A DNA stretch of 64,000 nucleotides from Camelus ferus (lineage: Eukaryota): assembly GCF_009834535.1 (NCBI RefSeq), contig NC_045697.1, positions 98,706,001 to 98,770,000 on the forward strand. Direction: 5' to 3'. Within the stretch, counting starts at the first letter, position 1; each line of letters starts with the position of its first letter. This document shows, piece after piece, positions 1 to 12,504 of the stretch. The translations under genes and the position numbers were made by a program. The notes beneath the pieces were generated by a model. That model was given only the letters and a program-made list of their open reading frames with translations. It made no database searches and had not been told where the DNA came from.

Positions 1-960
1 GTTTAAAAATAAACAAGCTAAGCATTCAATTCATAAAGATGGAAAAATCAACAGATCAAACCCAAAGAAACTAGAAGGAAGGAAATAATAAAGAGCAGGA
101 AAAATGAAATATAGAGTAATAATTTTAAAAAATAAAGATTCATAAAACCACAAGTTGATTTTAGAAAGACCAATAAAATAGATAGACCTTTACAAAAGTT
201 ACCAAGAAAAGAAGGTACATATATGATACATAACAAAAGGGGAGAAATAACCACAGTTACAATAGATATAAAAATAATAAATCAATATTATGAATGATTA
301 TATGCTACTAGAGTTGAAATCTGTATGAACTGTATAAAGAAGTTATATAAAATGTATAAAGAACAAACAGAATAGTAAGTAGTAAAGAAATTAAAATGTA
401 GTCCAAAACTTCCTCTCAAAAAAAAAAAAAAAAAAACCCAAGTTTTTAAAATGTCTTTTTTGGCAAATTCTAGCAAAAATTTAAATTAATTACTATCTTA
501 TAGAAGTTGCTGTAGAAAATAGAGAAGAAAAATAAGTGAAAGCAACCTGGATTATTTTATGAGCCTAGTGTAATCTTGATTCAAAACCAAGTAATAATAA
601 TACAAGAAAAGAAATCAGAGCTCCATATTACTTATGAAAGGTCCTTAACTTAAAGCAAAACAGAGTAAAATGATGAAAAACACATATTCTCAAATGCAAG
701 GAGAGTTCAATGCCTGAGAATACATCAATTAACTGGTCATATTAACAGATTAAAGAAGAAAAATCATGACTTATCAAAGAATGCTGAAAAAGCATCTGAT
801 AGGACTCCATGTATAACTAATACAAAAGCAAAATCAAAGGATTATATGGAAATTCCTTACTCTGGTACATATTATATACTAAAACCTACAAGAAACATTA
901 AACGTCAAGTTGAAACTTCATATACATGTCCTTCAAGATTGGGAACAAAACAAAAATGCC
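1..960 (+). mobile_element. Old L1 ORF2 fragment (L1M-type), resumes at ~1730-1830
   Basis: A-rich degenerate L1 ORF2 motifs (aataaaatagatagacct, gatgctgaaaaagcat-like, gggaacaaaacaa). Confidence 0.75.
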
Positions 961-963
961 AGT

Positions 964-1721
964 GGGGATGTAAATGGGTGCAGTCACTATGGAAAACAGT
1001 ATGGAGATTCCTCAAAAAACTAAAAACAGTTCACTTCAGCAATTCCATTCCTGGGTGTACATTCAAAGAAAACAAAAACATTATTTCAAAAAGATATATG
1101 CACCCCAATGTTCATACCAGCATTATTTACAATAGCCAAGACACAGAAGCAACCTAAGTGTACATCAACAGAAGAATGGATAAAGAAGATGTGGGGGGGG
1201 TGTATAAATATATATAATGGAATACTACTCAGCCATTAAAAAGAATGAAATTTTGCCATTTGCAACAATATGGATGGACTTGGAGGGTATTATATGCTTA
1301 GTGAAATAATTCAGATAGAGAAAGAAATACTGTATGATTTCACTTACATGTGGAATCTAAAAAATAAACTAGTGAATATAACAAAAAAGAAAGACTCACA
1401 GATATAGAAGACAAAATAGTGGTTACTGGTGGGGAGAAGGAAGGAGAAGTGGCAAGATAAGGAAAGAGGATTAAGAGGTATAAACCACTATATACTAAAT
1501 GAATAAGCTACAAGGATGTATTATACAGAACAGGAAATACAGCCAATATTTTATAATAACTATAAATGGAGTATAACATTTAGCCACTGTGAATCACTAT
1601 GCTGTACATCTGAAATGTATGTAATATTGTAAATCAACTACACCTTAATAAAATGTTTTTTAATTAAAAATTTTTTTTAAGAAAATCCACTACAAAAAAA
1701 ATAATAAATAACCCCAATGGG
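964..1721 (+). mobile_element. Younger L1 3' end (ORF2 tail plus 3'UTR) nested in the older L1
   Basis: Typical L1 3' motifs (actatggaaaacagtatggagattcctcaaaaaac, aatggaatactactcagccattaaaaagaatgaa). Direct repeat aatgccagt at 955-963 and 1722-1730. Confidence 0.85.
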
Positions 1722-3235
1722 AATGCCAGTTAATATCACTACTCTTTAATATATTGGAGTTCTTGGCCAACATCATAAGAAATGAAGAAGAAAGAAGATG
1801 ACTGGAGATTAGAGAAAAGGAGACCTGAGCTGTCTGAGCTGAGGCCATCCTATACCAGTAAGATCCACAGCGGATCCACAGAAAACCACAACAGGAGTAA
1901 GCCCAGCCCATCTCAGCAGAACCACATAGCTAATCCATAGACTCAGGAGAAACAGTAACTGGTTCCTGTTTCAAGCCAATAAATTTTGGAGTGGTTTGTT
2001 ATGAACCAACAGCTGATACAACTGAGAAGTGATATATCCATTACCGGGCTACTAGAAAGGTAAAATGTGGTAGATGTGTATCATGGAGAACTGTGCAGCA
2101 GTTAGATGCAACAGATTAGATACACAAAGCAACATAGATACTAAGAATAGCACTTACATAAAAAGTAGGAAACAGAGTAAGATACATAATACCATTTATA
2201 TAAATTTTAAATATGTGCAATAGGATATATATACTTAATACATTTTTAAAACCCTGTTCAATTTAAATTTGATGCTTATGAAGGAGGGAGATGGGATTGT
2301 GGTATAAATAAAAACGATAAAGAGAAATAAATAAATCAATTGAAAAATAAAACAAGAACGTATGAAATAGGGATCTAATTTTACTTTTCGCTCTATAAAA
2401 AGCCAACTATTCTACTGTAATTCATTGAGTAGTCCTTCCTTTCAATAAATCCATGTCTATTATATACCAGGCATAATGTATGCTTCCTCTGTTTCTGGGC
2501 TCTCTATTCTATCCTACTCAACTATGTCTAGGGGCCAATAACATGTTTTAAAATGCTGTATAGTTTTAGAATCATTCTTTATGAATAGTCCCCCTTAGTT
2601 TGTTCTTTTGCGGAATTGTCTATAGACTATTTTTGGACCTTTTATCTAAGAGTTTGTCAAATTCCACCAAAAAAAGTCCTCTTGGAATTTTGATTGGAAT
2701 TGTATTGAATTTAAAGATTAACTGGGGAATAATTAACAGCTTTACCATGCCCAGTTTTCCATGTATGCTTGTGGGTTAAAGATTAAAGGAAACAATGATA
2801 TGATTTTGGTCTGTTTAGGTTTTTTATTTCCTCTTAAGGAAGTTGTATATCTCATTTATTTATGTTCCTCCATAAAGTTAAATACTTATTTTCATAAAGG
2901 TATTACATATTATTGTTAGATTTATTCCCAAATCCTAATTAAGTTTTTTAAACTATTATGAATGCATTTTTTGTTTTATTTTCTAATTATTGCTCGCTTT
3001 TGTATATAGCAACCTTGATGAACCTTCTAAGAGCAGTTTTTAAACCTAGTCATTTAAATTTGTGTTAAATCTTCTGCAAATAACATTTTGTTTCTTCCTT
3101 TCTGATCTTTATGCCCTTTATTTTTCTTGTCTTACCTGCATTTGCTATACACCCTCCAATAATAATTCCAGCTAGTAAACATGACAAATAGAATCCTGTT
3201 TCCCTATTAATTAGGAAATTTGCTAAAGATTTATA

Positions 3236-3281
<46 letters not shown>
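3236..3281. repeat. Palindromic compound microsatellite (TATC)n-(TA)n-(GATA)n
   Basis: 46-bp perfect self-complementary tract, checked base by base. Confidence 0.9.
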
Positions 3282-4789
3282 GATATCCCTTATCAAGTGC
3301 CAATCCAGAGTCTTTATCCTCAAAAGATGGTGAATTTTAACAAATGCTTTTTGGATCTACTGAGATGATTATATGGGTTTTCTCTGTTATTCATATGGTG
3401 AATTACATCAGTAAATTTTCTAATATTTAACCTTCTCTGCCTTCCTATTATGTATTTAGTCATTCCATATTTTTTAATGAATCATTAAATGTTAGATTTG
3501 ATTTGCTATTCTTAATTTAGAACATTTGTAGCTATAACGATACATCAATTTGGCAAGAAATTTTCTTTTCTTATACTGGATCAGTATTAATGTTAAGGTT
3601 ATATACTAGCTTCACAAAATAAGCTGGAAAGCTTTCCCAGCTTTCCCTCTTTTACTGTTTTCTATTATAGTTTGTATATGATAGGGATTATGTATCCCTT
3701 TAAATTTTAGTAATAGACCTGGGTCTGATGGGTTTTATTTGAATGAAGAGATGCATATGTAAAATTAAAGAACTTAAATGGTTACTAATTTGTTTAGGTT
3801 TTCTATTTCTTCTTGAGTCAGCTGTAATTTATATATATATTTTTTATTGTCCACCTTGTAGGTTTTCAAATTTCTTGGCCATAGATTCTTTACAGTATTG
3901 TTCTCTTATGATTTTTAAACTCTCTATTCTGTTGGTCATATTTTTGTTCTTCATAGTGCTTATTTTTCCTTGATCTGCATTTACAGAGATTTGTCCATTT
4001 TTATTAATTTTATTTTATTAATAATCTATTCTTTTATTTTCTATTTAATTAATATTGACTCTTATTTTTATCATTTCATTTCTTCTACTTAATTTGGATT
4101 TATTCTGTTGGTCCTTTATTAACATCTGGAGTTGAACATATGTTCATTACATCAATCTTTCTTATTTTCCAATAAACACACTTAGAGCTGTTAAATTTCC
4201 CAGTGAGTTCTGCTTAAGTCACATCTCAAATTTTCATGTGATGCTTTGTTATTTAGCTGCAAATATTTCATAATTTTTATTTCTTCTTTCATCCATTAGT
4301 GAGGTTTTAATATCCTAAAGTATTTTGATTGTCTTTTCATTGTTGATTTTCTAATTTTATGGCATTATGATGAAATAATATATTTTTGAATGACACTGAT
4401 TTTCCAGACATTGTTGAGATTCCTCTATGACCTAGGACAGTTAAAAACTGACCTGTATACAACTGGGAAAAAAGTATAAGGTTGTATTTTACTCAGTTAG
4501 GTATATATAGTGTTCTATAGATCTCCAGTTTATGCAATTTGTTAATCCTGTAGTTCAACTGTTTGATGTCATTTTAAATTTTGTGTCTGCCTGATTTCTC
4601 AATTTTGACAGGGGTGTTTTTAACTCCCACTGTTCTGTAGACATGCCCACTTCTTGCAATTCTGAAAGCTTTTGCTTTAAATGGTATTTCAAATCTATAC
4701 TGTTAGAGGCATATAGGTGTGTAATTATATTTTCTGGACTGTTCCTTTTAGCAGTTTGACTAGATTTTTTTAAAATAACCTTTAAAAAA

Positions 4790-4950
4790 TTAATTTATTA
4801 TTGTTATTTATTTTTATTTATTTATTTATTTTTTGCAGGGGGGAGGTAACTAGGTTTTATCATCTATTTTTATAGAAAGTACTGGGGATTGAACCCAGGA
4901 CCTCGTGTATACTAAGCATGTACTCTACCACCTGAGCTATACCCTTCCCC
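4790..4950 (-). mobile_element. tRNA-derived SINE (camelid Vic-1-like)
   Basis: Reverse complement gggtatagctcagg-tggtagag...gggttcaatccccagtac with A/B boxes and an A-rich tail. Confidence 0.85.
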
Positions 4951-5569
4951 AACTTTTAACAGTTCGAAGAGTCTCTCTTTGTCCCAATTAAGGATTCATA
5001 CTCTGAATTCTATTTTATTACAGCAGCTTCCTTTGGTTAGTATTTTTCTGATAATTACATTTTTCCATTCTTTTTATTTAATTTTGTTTTGTATATGTTA
5101 AAAATAGCAGGCAGACTCATGTTAAGATCACAATTGGTAATTAATATAATTTCTGATGTTTTGGAGTATTTCTACTATCTTGATATATCACATATATTTC
5201 TTCCACAGCTTTTTTTTCTCCTTGTTCCCTTTTTGTTAGATCGAATAGAAGTTTAATTTATTCCCTAATCTACTCCCCCAATTTAGTATTTTGGAACAAA
5301 TACCTCCTATTTCTATTATTTTAGTATGCTCTAGTTGCTTAAAATAAATGTCCTTCTTTTCACTTCTCATCTTCTCCAGATCATGTTTCACACAGTTCCT
5401 ATTTTATTCAAAGGCCACCACAAAATCTGGTTCCACTCCATCTTTCTAGGCTTATTTCTCTCAACCATTTGCTTCTACTAATCTCTAGTTAAACTAAATC
5501 ACCCGTCAGTCTCTAAATAAAACACAGGATTTCTGAAATTCTGTTCTGGTTCACCATGTTTTTCTGATT

Positions 5570-6094
5570 CACTCACTCATTAAATAAATACTTTATTGAA
5601 AACCTACTTGGTGCCTGGCTCTGAGCAATACCAGTGAACACAACGTATATGGTATCTGGCTTTATGAAGCATCACATGGAAACATACAATAGCATGGAAA
5701 TATAATAGAGTAAAACTTTATGAATACATGATTCGATTCAGATAACTGGAATTGGCTCCCATCTTCCACTCTATCCTCAAATAGCAGTCCTTAGAATATA
5801 CAACCACCAGCAGGTGGCACCAAACCACCTAAGCCAGACCTTAAACTGATTTGGATACCTTAGTTTGAATCCTGCAACCTATTCTCCTCCACTGACTCAG
5901 GTCATTTTATTAAACTTACAATGCCATTACTTTATGTGATTTCAATTTTTTTTTAATATTTATTTACTACATTATCATGGGAGTTTATTGTATCATAAGT
6001 TGTAGGAGCTAACCAAAAGCGAAAAAAGAAAGGGGGTCTCTGACAAAAATAATAGAACACTCCTAATTGAAATTGAAGAGTATTAGATAAAGCT

Positions 6095-6128
<34 letters not shown>

Positions 6129-6950
6129 AAAGTGACTTTCAAACTGATATCTAAAGGATGACCAGGAGTTAAAAGCTGAAAAGGGAAAGCAAAACATTCT
6201 AAAAAGAAAACAGCATAGGTGAGCACCCAGAGAAGGAAAAGTCTGGATTAATGGGAAGGTAAAAAGGCAACCGTGTGTGGATGTCTGGGGTGGGGATATT
6301 GCATACTTCATCAGAGTACAATGCTTAAGAGCTTGGGCCCTGGAGCCCTACTTACCATCTGATTTTAAGTCTTTGCTCCACCACTTAAATAACTGTCTAG
6401 CATTGAAAAGGTTATACTTGTTTAAAGTATTAAATCTACTGTTATATAAAGCCCTAAGAACTTATTCCTGGCAATGTAGGAAAGAAATCTTAATGTTAGG
6501 GTTGTTTTGTTGCTATTATTGTTCTTATTGTTTCTAGGTAGATGAGAGAAACCAAATTATTGAGTGTCTTGAGGCCATGTTAAAAATCCTGGGGTGGGGG
6601 GACCTGAATATTATCCTAAGTGCAATTAGAACCCACTAAAAGGTTTTAGGGAGGGACATATCATGATCCAATTTGCAAATACATTTTTTAAATTACTTTG
6701 GCTACAATGTGAAGAATGAATTGCTTAGGGTTGTTGGGAGAAGGGGCAGTAGTGAAAAAGGACCAATTAGAAGGCCAAAGGCCACTGTAGTAGCTCATGT
6801 AAAAAACAACCACAGGTTGGATTAGGCTAGTAACAATGAAGTTGGAAAGAAATTAGCAGATCCAAGATATATTCTGGAGGCAAAACTGATAGGATTTGGT
6901 AATGAACTAGGAGGTAAAAGGGTAGAAGGTGTAAATGATGACTTCTCACA
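5570..6950 (-). mobile_element. L2 fragments with an inserted MIR remnant (~6310-6530)
   Basis: L2 3' end motif cactcattaaataaatactttattgaaaacctac and purine-rich L2 body motifs. Confidence 0.6.
6096..6126. repeat. (CT)n microsatellite
   Basis: About 15 CT units seen directly. Confidence 0.95.
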
Positions 6951-9559
6951 ATACACCCCTGCCCCCTGCAATTTGAATAAAGTCTTTCTTACTGTGCTTT
7001 AACAAATATCACAGATGTTTTTCTGTAACACTTCCCAAATGAAATTTTATTTATCTTCCCAGGCTTGCTAACATATGAACTTTCCATCACAAGAGCTAAC
7101 AGCTCTCTCCTCCTCACTCTCAAAACACTGATTTTATTAAGCTTTAGGTTATAAAGAGTGGTTTTCTTTAAAAAAAAATTTCCCCAATAGACACAAGCTC
7201 CTTTACACTAACGGCCATATCTAACTTCTTGTTCTAGTCCACACACACAAAACTGCTACATGCACCACAGGCGGTCTTGCAAAACCCCACAAATGACCTC
7301 AGAGCCAAGGCAACTCCTCAAGCTCTTTTCCTTCCTTGGAAGGAAATTCAGCCTGCTTTCTTCTCTTCCCCTTTCAACTATTCTATTTTTGGAAATGTTT
7401 CCCCTAAGACTAGCTGCAGAATTAACTAGTCACTCACTAGCCTCCCCATTTCTTGAAGCCTCCAAAAACAAGTATATAGGAATTATTTTTGTTAACATGC
7501 TTGCTAATTACTATTGAAAAACAGAAGGTAACAAAATTAAACACAAGGTTATATTATTTTACAGTGGTGGTCTCTTAATTTATAATTCCTGACTTCCTTT
7601 ACAAAATGGTAAACTGAATGCACTGGCTTCTGCTCCATGCTTTAATTCCCAAGGATGAGGTCCACCACAAGTTCTTCCTTTTTTTGTGTGGAGGCCTCTC
7701 TTCCCAGAACATAGGCCTGCAGAAGAAGCCTAGACATAATAATCAATGTCTTCTTATCTCAAGTAGGTAACTGGCACTTCTGAGGGCCTCCTAAGTAGGT
7801 ATGTAATATAGCAATGGAATTAAAAACAAAAGTGATTCTGCCAGTCTTGTTTTTTCCAAACCAAATGGCTAACGTTTAATGTTGTAAACACAAACAGATG
7901 TTAACTATTTTGAGTTTTCTCCTCTTGAACCAAATCCTTGATTTCCTCTTCAAAAGAACTGTTTCATTCTAAGTTATTATTCTAAACTTTTATTTTCTGA
8001 GGATTAAGTTGCAGGAAAAAAAAGATGATATGGAAGAAAAGGATTCAGATTTTCCTGAAAGCTTTGTCAAACACCATGCACAATAAGAAGTCTCTTTTTG
8101 CTAATTAGATTAGAGATATAACTCTTTTCTTTTTGATGAAAAACTTTTCTAGAGTGATCTTGTGCAAGCTCATCTAGTGATCGGAAAATCGCTCCCAACT
8201 TCTGGCTAACAAAGAATTTATTTTGTTCAAATATATTTTTAAATAAGTTCTGGTGGATAACCACATATTATCACCATCCAGTCTAATAGAAAACACATGA
8301 AAAGTATTTATAGTTAAATTTAAAATTTTAGTTCTTCATTCCTTTTAAGTAATATATTTAATTTTGGCTGACTTACAAAGTAAAAAGAAATCAAACATCT
8401 AGTTATGACCAAATGCTAAACTTTAACTTGGAGAATATGAGATATCTCTTATAAAAACTGGTACTCTACCTTAATAATATCTAATGGAAAGAGAGGAAAT
8501 GGGCTACATTCTTTCTTCCCTTGATACACTCAATGAAAAAAAATTATAGAAATGTAAAAAATTAAAAAAATAAAAACTAGTCCTACCTCAGCTCCTAATC
8601 CCACTCCCAAATTGTAACTAACCACTACAAACATGTTGAGTTCTTAGCACTGTTCTGATTTTCTGTGAATAGGAAAAAGAAGTCACTCATGTTTTTGATG
8701 GTACTGTTTCCATACATAAAAAAAATAAAATACTGAGATTTAGGAATGCTTAATTCCATGTGCCTTTTTCCTTTGTCCCTAAACCCTCTGCATTAATGGT
8801 CAACTATGCCCTTATGATAAAATTTAAATATGACCTACCAAAATAGCAATAATGCAATCTTGAACTTACAGACTAGCTACCACACTTGGCAATTCTTTGT
8901 CTTTCCTCACCTTTCCCCAACCCTATCTATTTCATATTTTTTCCTCAAATGCTTATTTTTCTCAACTTAGTTGGTAAGCTTCTTTGAGGCCAACCACCAA
9001 CTCTGAATCACTTACTCCCTAGGAGGTATGACAGTACTTTGAATATAACGGGTAGTTTGTACATGATAAATATTAAGTTTACCAGTATCTTAACATATAG
9101 AGGAGGAAGAGGAAGAATTTATCTGTTGCTTCAACTGCTTGAAAAGAAGCAACTTATGAGTTTACTATTTTAACTTAATTGCAAATATTAACTGTAAAGA
9201 ACAATTTCAGGAGTTGTTAATTTATGTAATCTGATTGTGATATAGTAATATTACAGTATAGTGAAATTTGTATGTTTTCTCCACTAAATTCTAAGCTCCA
9301 TAAATGCACACATTGCCTGTCCTGTCTACTGCTCTAGCATCATGCTTTAAGTAGTGCTTGGCATATAGTAGATGCTCAATGAATGTTTATTAGTGAGTTA
9401 ACAGTAGTAAAGCACTACATCACCTCATATAAGCCTGAAAGAACGTTAATATCTTTTCACCCTCAACAGCAATCTTGTGATGCGTATAATATAACAATTA
9501 AGAAACTACAGTATTAATTGGGTTTTCACAATAGCATAAGCTCTATCATTCCCAACAGT

Positions 9560-9757
9560 CAGATAATGATTCTCAAAGTACGATTCCTGAGCCAAAAGCA
9601 TCAACACCAGCATCACGTGGGGACTTGTTAAAAATGCAAATTCTTGAATCCCACCCCACACCCACTGAATCACAAATTCTGGAGGTGGGGTTGAGCAATC
9701 TGTATTTAATGAGCACTTTAGATGATTTTGATGGATGCTCAAGTTTGAGAACCACTG
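9560..9757. mobile_element. MER5A-like hAT-Charlie MITE
   Basis: ttctcaaagt...cagcatcacgtggggacttgttaaaaatgcaaattc...aagtttgagaaccactg matches the recalled MER5A consensus. Confidence 0.85.
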
Positions 9758-10229
9758 GCCACAGAAATTGTTGCCATGGAAATAGAAGGGATCTCAAACC
9801 AACAAAGAAGTCATAAAATATTAGGTGAGGCTTTAAGGAAATGTAGTAAATATTCAAACATTAGAATGTTTTTAGAATAAGTTAAATTAAGTCAATCAAT
9901 TAAGGGACATGAAAAACTACCACTATATAGCTGAGAGGTCTTTTTCTCCTTAGCAAAGATCATGAATCTATATTCAGTAAGTAATGCATTTAAAATGGCT
10001 TTCAGATCCCTACTATCTCAGGTCCCTACTGCCAGTAGAGCTCATTATTTAATGCATTCCTACTTAAGGAAAGAGAACAGAAGTAGGGCAGGATATGGAG
10101 GTGGAAAGGATAAGGAAAAGGTGGACAGCTAAAATAAGACATGGAGGAGACCTGGGAAAATTATTTTTTAGAGTTTAACTGAAATTTAGTACTTTAATTT
10201 TAAATAAAGGTACAAACCACGGTCATTTT

Positions 10230-10570
10230 GGCACTGTGACCTCATGACCAGTAGATCAGATATTTTCATATCATATTAAAGTCATTACATCTATTTCAAA
10301 ATGTAATTTATGTTCATCACTACTTTGGAATTATAGTAGTAAATTAGATCTGCCACTAGAGCTCATTATTTACTGCATTATTAAAGAAGTATATGTATTA
10401 ATATATCACAATTAAAAATAGTATGAAAGCTACATTTCAATATATTTGGTTCCTTGCTAATCCTAAGTATTTTATTTTATACATTTAAAAACACCATTCT
10501 AAGAGAAGGTATACAGGCTTCACCATATAGCCAACGAGGCCCATGACACAAAAGACTTAAAAACTATACA
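10230..10570. mobile_element. hAT-Charlie-like DNA transposon remnant
   Basis: End motif ggcttcaccatatagccaacgaggcccatgacacaaaagacttaa resembles Charlie4-type termini. Confidence 0.5.
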
Positions 10571-11052
10571 AAAGTTAACAGTTAATAGCTATTTTAAGTG
10601 TTCTTGACCTGTGCTAAGTTATGGGCCCCTTCATAAATCTGAGAAAACATATAGGCCCTTTTCCTAGTTTACAGAAGGGGCATGGAGGATGTATAAGGGA
10701 CAATGATTCCTCTTCCTGAAACAGCATTATACCAAAGCACCCATTTTTTGATTCCAAAAAGATAGGCTAGCTGTTCTAACTACCTTAATCTCTGTGACTT
10801 TTAGCTTAGTTTGGGCACTGAGTACATCTATAGCTCAAATCTGTAGAGGCAACAATTTAGTGCAAAGTGAACTGTGAATAAAGAGCCAAAGAGTTCAGTC
10901 TTTATTTCAGGTAATGGTTTGATTGTCTTATTTTATTTTTCATTTACAGTACTCACTATATTGAAGACAACTAAATTTGTATAAAAAATATACTTTAAAG
11001 CTCTTAAATAAGCTCCCCAAAATAAAAATTTTCGAAGTCCTCACCAATAAGA

Positions 11053-11102
11053 TTTAGTCTCATTTTAACCCCCTTTCTTTAGTCTCATTTTAACCCCCTT
11101 TC
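11053..11102. repeat. Perfect 25-bp tandem duplication
   Basis: tttagtctcattttaaccccctttc occurs twice in tandem. Confidence 0.95.
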
Positions 11103-12332
11103 TTTCTCATAATTCATATTCTAGCCATATAGAATTCCTTTCTGTAAATCAAACAGGCTATGTTCTCCTGCCTCCAGACTTTCAAGCCATGCTATTGTCT
11201 GCTTGGCTAATTACTTCAAATCCTTCAAATCTGTTTAAACATCTCTTACTCCAGGAGGCATTCCCTGACCTCCTAGTCATTACCCTGCCATATACTCTCT
11301 AAACCTTCCCTATCATAACATTTTACTGCAGTAACGTTTAATTGTTCACCCTCTCCACAAAGCTGAAAGCCTGGTGAGGGCAAAGACAGGGTCTTGTTTA
11401 CCACAAGATAATTCATCTCCGAGCCTGACAAGCTACAGGACCTCAGCAAGAGCTGGTAGAGGAATGAATGTATAGATTTTCCTAGAGAGATGTCTTAGCA
11501 TTCCTATTTGTATACCTAAAGAAGTCTGCGCCATCCCTAACTTGGCAACAGTTGTAACTTTGTGTTACTCATTTTAAAATTCTTTATAATCTGTATTTAG
11601 CTCTCTCTTCAATCTAAATTAATAAAATTGTATTAGATAACAGTGTTAAATAGTAAAACTGAAAGCTAATTAGTGCTTAAAAAAACAAGTCTCAGTGCAA
11701 AGGAATGAATGCTACTAGTTCCCCAAACCAAACATCTTTTAATGATCTATTGTCTAGATATACTTATCTTTCCTTTATAAAATAGATGTTTCTTGAAAAG
11801 TATACAAATACCATTTAAAAATCATTCCTTTTCATTTATGTTTTATTAATTGACAGGACAGTTCTTTGCTTTTGGACACTATTTTCTCCTTCACGTAATT
11901 AATAGTCTGTAACATATATTCAAACGCACTAAAAATCACTGTTATTTTAAAAAGCCCTTAAAGGATCCTGATTTAAAATGACAGTTTAGAAAGCAGAAGC
12001 CTCATTTCATTTTCTTTTTAGATTACAAAATCCAATTAAAAAGTGACAATTATGAGAAAACTATTTATTTAGTAAATGTGTCATATTAAAATACTTTTTC
12101 ATCTTATATACCCTCCATAATTTAATACCTTATATGGTTACTTTGTATATTTTGACAATACAGTTATATGGTTTTTTTAAATACCCTCTCTTAAAAGACA
12201 GTAAAGAATTTAGAGATCTTACTCAGCACATATAGGGACTTCCATAACTGCAACTCACCTCCATTTTTCATAAACCTGATATTTTAATATCCAATTTCCA
12301 TTATGAGAATTTCAGGAAGAGTCATAAATTAA

Positions 12333-12504
12333 CATATTTCATTAATTCTAAGATGTACATTTTTCTACACTTTAACATCTCTGAAATTAGGATGTATTTT
12401 ACAACTGATGGCACCCTAACATTTATAATTGGCAGCATTTTTTTTTTAGTGGTCTAAAAATAATGTTTCTTACAACTGATGTCATCTTAGACTAAATGAA
12501 ATAT
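12333..12504. mobile_element. MER104-like TcMar MITE
   Basis: Terminal inverted repeats atatttcattaattctaagatg and catcttagactaaatgaaatat. Confidence 0.7.

Larger units (their letters stand above)
2400..5330 (-). mobile_element. Degenerate L1 (L1M/L1ME) ORF2 fragments
   Basis: T-rich antisense L1 motifs (ggaattttgattggaattgtattgaattt, tctactgagatgattatatgg). Confidence 0.7.

Noticed and set aside
846..1157. 103-aa ORF containing QSLWKTVWRFLKKLK
   Set aside because: L1 ORF2 C-terminal remnant fused to the flanking older L1; not a gene.
10029..10380. Dispersed ~30-bp direct repeat ctgcca(g/c)tagagctcattattt at ~10029 and ~10350
   Set aside because: Only two copies, associated with a DNA-transposon remnant; no regular repeat-spacer array.
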